Shown: piece by piece, positions 53,781 through 61,771 of the stretch | How the letters are laid out: each line of letters opens with the position of its first letter | Position numbering within the stretch: the stretch's first letter is position 1 | Assembly: GCA_019248265.1 (NCBI GenBank) | Contig: JAEHGX010000004.1 | Coordinates: 9,495 to 73,494, forward strand | DNA: 64,000 nucleotides | Source of the DNA: Candidatus Falkowbacteria bacterium S5_I03 | GTDB lineage: Bacteria; Patescibacteriota; Patescibacteriia; Patescibacteriales; UBA12465 | Reading direction: 5' to 3' | Notes under the pieces: generated by a model | What the model saw: the letters and a program-made list of their open reading frames with translations, nothing else | Databases searched by the model: none | Told to the model about the DNA's origin: nothing | Program-made: the position numbers and the translations under genes

Positions 53781-54890
53781 ATGCAAGAGGTAATCAAAAA
53801 AAGCTTGGAGCTGAGAGACTTATCAGATCCTGCTCAAGGAAAACACGCGATCAACCTAATGATTGATCTTATCTACCAGAAGTTGGAAGAAATTCCCGAT
53901 TGTCCTAAGCCGGAAATAAGGCGTTCCAGCCCCATAACAACGGTGGCTGATAACTTTGACCGGCTCTACTTCCCGCCAGACAATTTAAGCCGTTCTAAGA
54001 CTTATACCAGATATCTGGACGAGAAAACACTTCTGCGAACTCACACCACTGCGCAAATTCCAGAAATTTTGGAAGAATTAAGCTTATCACGGCCGGATGA
54101 TTTCTTGGTTATGTGCCCAGGAATTTGTTTCCGACGCGATGTCATTGACCGAAAACATGTCGGCGAGCCGCACCAAATGGATATTTGGCGCATAAAAAAA
54201 GGGCTTCCCCGTATAACCAGAGAAACCTTGTTGACATTCGTCCAATCGGTAGTAGAAGCAATAAAACCTGGAGCGAAATTCCGCGCCAACGAAGTTGAGC
54301 ACCCTTACACCGATCGAGGATTAGAAATCGAAATCCTCATCAACGGCGACTGGCTGGAAATAATGGAATGCGGCGAAATTAAAAGCCGCCTACTCTCTGA
54401 TTCCGGATTAAATCCGGAAGAATATTCAGGCCTGGCAATGGGCTTGGGCTTAGACAGGCTGGTAATGATTATCAAACGGATAGACGATATCAGATTACTA
54501 AGAGCCTCTAATCCTAAAATTAAGGCTCAGATGGAAGACTTATTAGTCTATCGCCCAGTTTCAAAATTCCCGCCGATTAAACGCGACATTTCAATCTCTG
54601 TAGACGAAAATCAAACCGAAGAAGATGTCTGCGAATCAGCCAGAGAAACCCTGCAAAACCGGATAGAGGCTTTGGAAGAATTACAAATAATTTCTACAAC
54701 TGCCTACACCGAGCTTCCGCCGCAAGCGATTGAAAGATTAAAAATCTCTCCCGGACAAAAAAATCTCCTGTTGAGATTAACTTTCCGCTCGCACGAAAAA
54801 ACGCTTTCCCAAGAAGAAGCTAATGAAATGCGGGATGCAATCTATCGCGCCCTGGATCAAACCGAAGGCGGCGGATATATTAAAAAATAA
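53781..54890 (+). CDS. PheS-like class II aminoacyl-tRNA synthetase catalytic core fused to an FDX-ACB-like C-terminal domain
   Basis: LRTHTTAQIPE, motif-2-like ICFRRDVIDRKHVGEPHQMDIW and motif-3-like GLAMGLGLDRLVMI. C-terminal SKFPPIKRDISISV...LTFRSHEKTLSQEEAN resembles the ferredoxin-fold anticodon-binding domain. Confidence 0.65.
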   Translation: MQEVIKKSLELRDLSDPAQGKHAINLMIDLIYQKLEEIPDCPKPEIRRSSPITTVADNFDRLYFPPDNLSRSKTYTRYLDEKTLLRTHTTAQIPEILEELSLSRPDDFLVMCPGICFRRDVIDRKHVGEPHQMDIWRIKKGLPRITRETLLTFVQSVVEAIKPGAKFRANEVEHPYTDRGLEIEILINGDWLEIMECGEIKSRLLSDSGLNPEEYSGLAMGLGLDRLVMIIKRIDDIRLLRASNPKIKAQMEDLLVYRPVSKFPPIKRDISISVDENQTEEDVCESARETLQNRIEALEELQIISTTAYTELPPQAIERLKISPGQKNLLLRLTFRSHEKTLSQEEANEMRDAIYRALDQTEGGGYIKK

Positions 54891-54906
54891 AAAACACTTT
54901 CTTTTG

Positions 54907-54937
54907 AAAAAGCTAACCAGAATGGTTAGCTTTTTTA
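54907..54937 (+). terminator. intrinsic terminator after the PheS-like gene
   Basis: AAGCTAACC-agaat-GGTTAGCTT followed by TTTT. Confidence 0.7.
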
Positions 54938-55061
54938 ATATGACATCATGGCTAATTATTCTTATATTAAATTTTAACCAAAACAAAAAGGGCCTTTAAA
55001 TTAAGACCCTTTTTTAAAAGTACGATTGAAATAATAGGTGGCAAACACATAATGTCCAAAA

Positions 55062-55808
55062 TCAGATGATATGCATCATTTGATAAATGGTGCCCTCGAC
55101 GACAATCAAGCCCCGGGCTTGCAAGTAGAGTACAACAGGAACGGTATTAACAACAATGTTATCGCCCGGGAAATCCACACAAATGAATATTTTTCCGGTT
55201 TCATTTATGACTAAACAGCGATCAAGAATTTCTTTGCCATTCTCCTTAAAATACACCTGAATACATTCACCCAAATTTTCAAAACGCCCAAATGTCAATC
55301 CGAGCAGATGGCAAATAAATGCTAAATCTTCCTCATTGATTTCATCAACCTTGATAACTCTCTTGTCCGCAGTTTCCGTTTCCGCCGCTTCTGCCGATTC
55401 TTTATTAAGACCAAGAGACAAAAAGATGCCCACCATTTCCTCAACAGTGTTATCGCTGCCCCAGCTCTTTTTATAAAAACCGTCGATGTGTTCCGGTCGG
55501 GGATCATACATGGAGAACACATAAACTTTAGCTGCGGGGTTAATCTTCTTAATTTCTTCCGCCAGCTTAGAACCATCCTTTTCCTGATCGGAAAATTTTA
55601 CATTACGCTCATCATGGAACTGATCGCTAGTGATAACCACCAGCTCGCAATCTTTCGGAACCTCATTTAGAGTATTCTCGAAATCTCGCTGATAAGAGAT
55701 GACGTCATTTAATTCCGGAAAAACGGTCCGCAGTTTCTCGCGAATAAGCTTCAACGCCTCGGGGTTAGATTGAACAATAATAATTTTTCGCATTGTTAAC
55801 TCCTCCAA
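55062..55808 (-). CDS. hypothetical protein with a degenerate receiver (CheY-like)-looking N-terminal half
   Basis: KIIIVQSNPEALKLIREKL.. has a flavodoxin-like beta-alpha pattern but lacks the acidic pocket (QS instead of DD). Second gene of unit B. Confidence 0.45.
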   Translation of the reverse strand: MEELTMRKIIIVQSNPEALKLIREKLRTVFPELNDVISYQRDFENTLNEVPKDCELVVITSDQFHDERNVKFSDQEKDGSKLAEEIKKINPAAKVYVFSMYDPRPEHIDGFYKKSWGSDNTVEEMVGIFLSLGLNKESAEAAETETADKRVIKVDEINEEDLAFICHLLGLTFGRFENLGECIQVYFKENGKEILDRCLVINETGKIFICVDFPGDNIVVNTVPVVLYLQARGLIVVEGTIYQMMHII

Positions 55809-55811
55809 ATT

Positions 55812-56294
55812 TTAAGGTAAATCAAAAATCTTTTCTTCATCAGCCAGAGGGCCGGTTCTGGTCCAAGTGTTATTATAACGAATTAAAAGTGACTTATTGT
55901 CATCAAGTAACTTGAGATAACGGATTGTAACCGCATTAAACTTATAAGAAGCGACGCGACGGTAATCTTTCAAGATAATTAATTCGGTACAACTCAAACC
56001 AGATTGGCCGATAATAATAATTTGCATATCCGGCTTAAGTTTGCCAAAAAATATTTTGGTTTTAACTAAACCGCCGCCATATGAATACGAATCATAAAGC
56101 CAATTATAAACCAGGGTTTCCGGATGTAAATAAATAACCGTGGCTTTCTTGGTTATATCGTCAGCAAAAACAATCGGCGTCGGAACCGCGCGGGCATCAA
56201 TAAAAGGAATGATTTTCCCTTCCGGCTCGAAGTCAATGCGCTCGCAACTATTAAAAATAGCGGCCAGCAAAAGCAATAAAATAAATTTTTTCAT
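55812..56294 (-). CDS. putative lipoprotein (160 aa)
   Basis: MKKFILLLLLAAIFNSCE (lipobox-like). First gene behind promoter module B. Confidence 0.6.
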   Translation of the reverse strand: MKKFILLLLLAAIFNSCERIDFEPEGKIIPFIDARAVPTPIVFADDITKKATVIYLHPETLVYNWLYDSYSYGGGLVKTKIFFGKLKPDMQIIIIGQSGLSCTELIILKDYRRVASYKFNAVTIRYLKLLDDNKSLLIRYNNTWTRTGPLADEEKIFDLP

Positions 56295-56373
56295 GACATT
56301 TCTCCTTTGTTGGTTAATATTTGATTTTTAAGGTAATAAAAAATAATACCACAAGGCATTGTTTTTGTAAATA
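56295..56373 (-). promoter_or_regulatory. copy B of the shared promoter/leader module
   Basis: Minus strand: TTTACA (56371-56366), N17, TGgTATTAT (-10 at 56348-56343), then TTTTTTATTACCTTAAAAATCAAATATTAACCAA..ATG. Confidence 0.6.
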
Positions 56374-56381
56374 TACCATCA

Positions 56382-56410
56382 TTGACGACCAAATAATTTT
56401 ATCATATATT
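56382..56410 (+). promoter_or_regulatory. sigma70-type promoter for the 56445 gene
   Basis: TTGACG (56382-56387), 17-nt spacer, TATATT (56405-56410). Confidence 0.5.
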
Positions 56411-56444
56411 ATCTAGAATATTGTTTAACCCTTAAACACAACCC

Positions 56445-56741
56445 ATGAAAGACAAGGATGGCTGGAAATTTGTTTTCAAAATTGAAATTGAAGGCGAAGA
56501 TTCCATAGGAGAGGGGTTTAACCATGACGGAAACGTCTCTATTCCCCTGTTGGCACAAACTGCCGACGAAGCACGCATTGAATCCGAAAAACATATTGAG
56601 CGTTTAAAGAATGCTGATTTGGAAGATTTGCGAATGCTTAATAAGCACATTAACAGCGAAGACGTTGTTTCATTAAGTAATTTCCGGCTGGTCTATACAG
56701 AAAAAATACAGCAGGAAAAAATCGTTAGGGGCGGAATATAA
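56445..56741 (+). CDS. hypothetical protein (98 aa, acidic)
   Basis: ORF with its own promoter and the terminator at 56761-56790. Confidence 0.5.
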   Translation: MKDKDGWKFVFKIEIEGEDSIGEGFNHDGNVSIPLLAQTADEARIESEKHIERLKNADLEDLRMLNKHINSEDVVSLSNFRLVYTEKIQQEKIVRGGI

Positions 56742-56760
56742 AAAATTATTATTCCCCGCT

Positions 56761-56790
56761 AAAAAAGCTTGGCCAAACCAAGCTTTTTTA
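56761..56790. terminator. bidirectional intrinsic terminator
   Basis: AAAA-AAGCTTGG-ccaaa-CCAAGCTT-TTTT. Confidence 0.75.
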
Positions 56791-56832
56791 TTTGAAAATA
56801 TTTATCTTTCCCCTACTTAAAGTCAAACCAAC

Positions 56833-59322
56833 CTAAACGTAGACATCCATAATTTCTAACAATCGTTTCTTTTGTTTTAAAGTAGAGTTTTCCCAAAGCT
56901 GCATAATTCTCTCCACTGCCGGATCGCTGGCCACTCTTTTCTCCTGCCATTCTGTACTGACTTTCTTTAAATATTGATCAATCTCGGAAGTCGTTGGTGT
57001 GGTTATCATCGCTTTCACAAATCCGCGATTCTTAGTGCTGGTTAAGTCATTAGCTAAATTATATTTGAATTGAATCAAATCAGCGTCAAATTCATTTATT
57101 GAGCCGCCGCCTTCATTAGAATAATAGGCGTCAAAATCGCCTTTCTTATAGCCTCCCAGAAAACTGGTCAGCGTATCTTGATAGGCATTCATATCTGCTT
57201 TCAGGTTCATACTTGGATAAGCATGCTGTAACACATGCTTCATTTCATGAGCCGCGGCGACTTCCGGCACCATGCCGGATGTCCGAGCGGAGAAATTAGC
57301 AACATTTGTTTCCGCTAACTTAGAGACATCAATGCCTCCCATCTGTAAAATATCAATCGGAACCGACATCGCGGCATCCAAGGGCACACCTAAGCGATAA
57401 TTACCAACAATCTTGCCAATTGGACTTCTAAGCAATTGTTCAATCTGACAATCGCGTAAATAAGTATACTCTCTTAAAACATTCTGATATTCACCCCATT
57501 TCGGGTCATTACCAAACTTCGGTGTTATGGAGTCCAAATATTCCTCGCCGCGATGACGGGCAATTAACTTGGTAACATAACGCGGGTCTTTCATATAGCT
57601 GAGCATTTCATCTCTCACTTTATAATCACTCTCCAAAGCATCGGCTTTAAACATTTCCGTATTAATAACTTTCATATCTTCCGCCGTTAATTTTTGTTTA
57701 GCGACAAAATCTTGCAGGGTTTTACCTTTTTCACTAAAAGGAATCATTTCCGAACCTTCATATAAACCGCTAAAAAGCGAAGGGACCCTGTCCATCATTT
57801 TTTCTAAAGGCGTTTCATCTAATTTAAAAATAGTCGGATATTTCCCCGCTTTTATTTTCTCAACTAAAGTTTTAATCTGCGGGCGATAATCGGGATTTTC
57901 CGGATATTTTTTATATTCTAAGTCCAATTCTTTATTTTGGTTATAGCCTTCACGCTTATTAACCGGATAAGTACAGGTGATATATTTAGCGCCTTTAGCA
58001 ATTTCAGATTGAATCAGCTTGATAACTTCAGCCTCTTTTTTGTCTATTTCTTCCCGTGAACTATGCTCATAATCAAGACCTAGGCCCATGCACACCGACA
58101 TAAAAAGGCCGGTGCCGGGTCCGCCATTCTGATCTAAAGGTATACCATCATAGATTAACGGGATGTCCTGTTTAATGTCCCCTGTTATTCCGGCCTTATC
58201 CTTCAACCATTGCGGCAAACAAGCTATTTCATCCATACTTAAACCCTGTTTTGCTTCTCGGCCATTAGTCTGATTTCTTAAAACGCCTAAATTATTCATA
58301 TCAGCATATTTAGGCAGGCGGCCAAGCGTTTTCCAATGGACAGCAACTCGGGGATCAAGTACCAGTTCCGTGCGTTTGTCCAACAAGTTAAAATCATACA
58401 AGGTATTTTTATAAACTTTGGCATCAACACTTTCGTTGTCCGGCAATTCTCCATTCATTACTTTTTCATCCTGCATTGCATATTTGCGCAAAGTTCGACC
58501 GGCAACATCATATACTGTTTCATGTCCCTTAACTTTTGGCATTAAACCCTCTTGAGAAGTTAAGATTTTTTTAGCTAAACTTTCTTTGGCAACTTCCGGA
58601 GCTGATTTTTTATCTAAATTCAACATCTCCGAATCTATCTTTGGTATTCGCCCCTGTTTATAAGGCAGATAACTTTCAACGAATAGAGCGGCCTTCTCCC
58701 GGGCACTCATATTTTCAAAACCATCTTTAGAAAAATCAAGCGTCGGCAAGTTATTCCACATCAAATCTTTCTGGGTATAGCTATATCCGGAAAAATCTCT
58801 CATCGGTATTTCATAAGCCGGCTCAAAATCAGGCATGTCCTCTGGATTTACCGGCTCGTTATTCTCCACCTTCCATTGCCAATTATAATACTTTTCACGA
58901 TCCAGTTCGCCCATGGTCGGGATTCTCTCTCCGGGTTGCTGAGGATTACTTTCAGCAGAAACTTTTTGCTTATCATCAATTTTTGGTTCTCGGGCTTCTG
59001 CTTTTTGGGCGACAGTCGCCACCAAGCCCAAGCCAACCATAAACTTGGAGACGAGTTTGTTCTGTGCCAGATTATTTAAAAATCCTTTTGGTTTTTCCGC
59101 AACAACAATGGGCTTAGTTTCCGGAACAGCATTAAAATCAGCTATCTCGCTTTGAATTTTGGCAATTTGCGAAGCTTCTTCAATTTTTATTTGCTTAACT
59201 TGCTCGGGAGTTATTTCTTCTGTTTTTGAAGATTTAAAAGCAAGCGATTCATCTGCTGAAATCTTTTTATCCTTGGTTTTGATTAATTCCTGACTAGCAA
59301 AATCAGGTTTTTCAATTTTCAT
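56833..59322 (-). CDS. large (829 aa) membrane-anchored hypothetical protein with a C-terminal HExxH motif
   Basis: One TM near residue 95 (FMVGLGLVATVAQKA) and AAAHEMKHVLQH near residue 690. Otherwise unrecognised. Confidence 0.55.
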   Translation of the reverse strand: MKIEKPDFASQELIKTKDKKISADESLAFKSSKTEEITPEQVKQIKIEEASQIAKIQSEIADFNAVPETKPIVVAEKPKGFLNNLAQNKLVSKFMVGLGLVATVAQKAEAREPKIDDKQKVSAESNPQQPGERIPTMGELDREKYYNWQWKVENNEPVNPEDMPDFEPAYEIPMRDFSGYSYTQKDLMWNNLPTLDFSKDGFENMSAREKAALFVESYLPYKQGRIPKIDSEMLNLDKKSAPEVAKESLAKKILTSQEGLMPKVKGHETVYDVAGRTLRKYAMQDEKVMNGELPDNESVDAKVYKNTLYDFNLLDKRTELVLDPRVAVHWKTLGRLPKYADMNNLGVLRNQTNGREAKQGLSMDEIACLPQWLKDKAGITGDIKQDIPLIYDGIPLDQNGGPGTGLFMSVCMGLGLDYEHSSREEIDKKEAEVIKLIQSEIAKGAKYITCTYPVNKREGYNQNKELDLEYKKYPENPDYRPQIKTLVEKIKAGKYPTIFKLDETPLEKMMDRVPSLFSGLYEGSEMIPFSEKGKTLQDFVAKQKLTAEDMKVINTEMFKADALESDYKVRDEMLSYMKDPRYVTKLIARHRGEEYLDSITPKFGNDPKWGEYQNVLREYTYLRDCQIEQLLRSPIGKIVGNYRLGVPLDAAMSVPIDILQMGGIDVSKLAETNVANFSARTSGMVPEVAAAHEMKHVLQHAYPSMNLKADMNAYQDTLTSFLGGYKKGDFDAYYSNEGGGSINEFDADLIQFKYNLANDLTSTKNRGFVKAMITTPTTSEIDQYLKKVSTEWQEKRVASDPAVERIMQLWENSTLKQKKRLLEIMDVYV

Positions 59323-59390
59323 ATAATCTAGTTGGTTATTTTATCTCTATTGCTTTATTATAACAAAAAATAAGCTAATCTAAAAAAAAT

Positions 59391-59933
59391 CTATTCAAAC
59401 AATTCCGGCTTCTTAAAGCGCGACAAAGCACAGATAGTAGGATTTTTGAAAGATTCCTCGCGGTCAATTAGGTTGTCGGTAAAATAACCGACACAGCCTT
59501 CATGTTGTTTGCTATTCGTTACTCCGCGCAACTCATCCATCACTTCCCCTAGTTCTTTGCCACTTTCCTTAACCGCCCGAACGATCTTATCCGGCATATA
59601 AAGTCCCTCGCCGCCTGAATAACCCCATTTTCCTGCCTTATCAACAATCGCCACAAAACCCATGAGTAAAGTTCCAATATTCGTCTCATTTAGGCCGCCC
59701 TCCAAACCAACGCCATAATCAGCCTCCCCGACTTGAAGTGCCGCTAGTGCCCGATTTTTCGCCCCCTGGGTAATCTCCATAAAAGACATCGGCATATCAG
59801 AAACTCCCGAAGGCACAGAAAAACCAAGAACTTCGCATTCTCCCAGCATGGCTGTAAAAGCTGATTTCACCGCGTTTACTTTAACCGGATTCAAAGACCC
59901 GACGGCAACTTTAAGCATATGGCTATTATTCAA
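59391..59933 (-). CDS. inosine/xanthosine triphosphatase (YjjX / DUF84 NTPase family)
   Basis: KVAVGSLNPVKVNAV.., ..GVGLEGG..; 180 aa. Confidence 0.7.
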   Translation of the reverse strand: MNNSHMLKVAVGSLNPVKVNAVKSAFTAMLGECEVLGFSVPSGVSDMPMSFMEITQGAKNRALAALQVGEADYGVGLEGGLNETNIGTLLMGFVAIVDKAGKWGYSGGEGLYMPDKIVRAVKESGKELGEVMDELRGVTNSKQHEGCVGYFTDNLIDREESFKNPTICALSRFKKPELFE

Positions 59934-59964
59934 ATATTTATATCTTAATTCTATTAGAATCTAA

Positions 59965-60001
59965 GAAAAAAAGAAACCCCGAAACTAACAGCTTCGGGGT
60001 T
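59965..60001 (-). terminator. intrinsic terminator after the repeat-protein gene
   Basis: AACCCCGAA-loop-TTCGGGGTT with TCTTTTTTTC on the minus strand. Confidence 0.7.
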
Positions 60002-60021
60002 AAAACAAGATTTTTAAACAC

Positions 60022-61677
60022 TTAGGCGATTGCCAGGCTCTTAACAGCCGCTATCCGTTCCGGCCGAAATTTAGCCCTTTGAATTCGGTCATGCAAACGA
60101 TTGGCAAGAACTTTAACATCAGGATTACGTTCATGGAAGCGACAAGTAAATATTTTGTCGGAATAGCGCTTCAGCTTCTTAGCATCCCAATACATAATAG
60201 CTCTTAAAGCCAACAAAGAATGAAGTCCAAAATAGCCACTGAGCTCAAACATTCTTTCCGGGTTAAACTTATTGGGCTTAATCCGAAAAGCCAGCGTCTT
60301 TAAATACTGATATTTATCAGGATCACAATGGTCATCAACCAATTTTCGCAAATCTAATAAAAGTTCATCGGCCTGAATTTTAAAACATAAGGCCAAGCTC
60401 ATGTGCCTAAGATTAAATTCGGGAACCTGGGAGGCAAAGGCTCTTTGAACTATCTTTATAGCCTTTCCTTTTAAATCTCGCCTCTTAATGGAGCGAGCCA
60501 ACTTTTTAGCTTGCGCCTGGATATACGGGTCTGAATGGTTATGACAAGTAAAAATAGCCTGGATGTTGGCTGACAACGAGCTTGAATTCAAGGCGCTCAG
60601 TAATTTCATCTTCAACTCCAGGGTCAAAAAAGAAAAATAGTAGCCGGATAAATTGGAGAGTTCAGCCATAATGGCATCGATTTTCCGCTCCCAAACTTCC
60701 AATTCTGAAACTTTGATAGACAAAGCTAAACGCTTAGCCTGCGGTCGCAGTTTCGGAAAATCCTGGCAAGCGATTAGGGCATCGACATATTCGGCTAATT
60801 GAGCCGTTGGTAAAGGCGCAATAATCTTAAGAATAAGTTTAAGCGCCTGTTCAGCATCTTCGTTTAAACGCCAACACTTTAGCAAATAAGCGAGATGAAG
60901 TTTTTGCTCCTCATCCGGAAGAGACGCAATAACACGCATTGCCAGTTTTGTGGAGCCATTCATCGGCCAGTCATGAACACTGTCCCGACAAGCAAGCAGA
61001 TAATTAAAATGGGGCTTAATTTTTTCAGCGGGCCAAAAATACATTGCCTTAAAAGACAATTCCTTGGCGCGACCAAATTTATCATCTTCCAAAGCGCAAT
61101 TCATAATGAAATCGAAGCGAGATTCAAGCTCTTCATTCTTTACAAAATGCTGACCTAGGGCCCCAATAGCTCGACTACGCGCAAAAGTACGCACATTGGC
61201 ATTGCCATCCTGCGCCCAAATTACCAAGGAATCAAGATAAGGATAATACAGAGCGTAATCAATGCCATCCACCAAATAATCGGCTTGCTTGCGTTTTTTT
61301 TCATCTGGCGAACGATAGCAAGCGATTAAATAATCAATTTTATCCAAACGATACTTGCGATCCTTATTTTGTATCGCTTGATAAAGCAGGGTTTCAGCCA
61401 ACTTTACGACTTGGGCGTTTTCCGAATGCTCACATTCAAGCAAATAATCAAAATTTTGCCAAAGCAAATCTTTTCTGATTTCATCAATCGCCAGTTCCCA
61501 GGCCAAATCACGAACCTTGGAACTTTTAGATTTTTGGCAATCCAGAAAATAGCGCAGGAACTTTTCATCATCGCGAGCCTCTAAACTTTTAAAAGCTTGT
61601 TTAATCTCGGCGGCGGAATAATTTTTTGCCAAACAGGCACTTAAAAAATCAGTACTTACAGGTTTCGGGTTTTTCAT
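60022..61677 (-). CDS. alpha-helical repeat protein (about 11 x 38-45 aa units, HEAT-like) with a conserved Cys per unit
   Basis: Recurring unit starts: YFLDCQKS, YLLECEHS, YLIACYRS, FIMNCALE, YLLACRDS, YLLKCWRL, ALIACQDF, IFTCHNHS, IFTCRFHE. Confidence 0.6.
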   Translation of the reverse strand: MKNPKPVSTDFLSACLAKNYSAAEIKQAFKSLEARDDEKFLRYFLDCQKSKSSKVRDLAWELAIDEIRKDLLWQNFDYLLECEHSENAQVVKLAETLLYQAIQNKDRKYRLDKIDYLIACYRSPDEKKRKQADYLVDGIDYALYYPYLDSLVIWAQDGNANVRTFARSRAIGALGQHFVKNEELESRFDFIMNCALEDDKFGRAKELSFKAMYFWPAEKIKPHFNYLLACRDSVHDWPMNGSTKLAMRVIASLPDEEQKLHLAYLLKCWRLNEDAEQALKLILKIIAPLPTAQLAEYVDALIACQDFPKLRPQAKRLALSIKVSELEVWERKIDAIMAELSNLSGYYFSFLTLELKMKLLSALNSSSLSANIQAIFTCHNHSDPYIQAQAKKLARSIKRRDLKGKAIKIVQRAFASQVPEFNLRHMSLALCFKIQADELLLDLRKLVDDHCDPDKYQYLKTLAFRIKPNKFNPERMFELSGYFGLHSLLALRAIMYWDAKKLKRYSDKIFTCRFHERNPDVKVLANRLHDRIQRAKFRPERIAAVKSLAIA

Positions 61678-61756
61678 TTTTTCGTGTGTTTATGGTTAAT
61701 ATTCAATTTTCAAAGTAATAAAAAACAATACCACAAAGGTATTGTTTTAGTCAACA
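61678..61756 (-). promoter_or_regulatory. copy C of the shared promoter/leader module
   Basis: Minus strand: TTGACT (61754-61749), N18, TGgTATTGT (-10 at 61730-61725), then TTTTTTATTACTTTGAAAATTGAATATTAACCAT..ATG. Confidence 0.6.
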
Positions 61757-61771
61757 GATATCCGATGGGGC

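Noticed and set aside
54985-55015. Hairpin AGGGCC...GACCCT with flanking A/T runs as a terminator for the 55062 gene.
   Set aside because: The stem is only 4-5 bp with an internal mismatch, which is too weak to list as a feature, although termination must occur somewhere in this spacer.
49432-61756. The 65-80-nt conserved modules as miniature mobile elements (MITE or REP-like).
   Set aside because: I could see no terminal inverted repeats or target-site duplications. Every copy has the same orientation and a fixed distance to a start codon, and contains correctly spaced -35 and extended -10 boxes, so a promoter/leader is the simpler explanation. A dispersed-repeat origin cannot be fully excluded without the whole genome.
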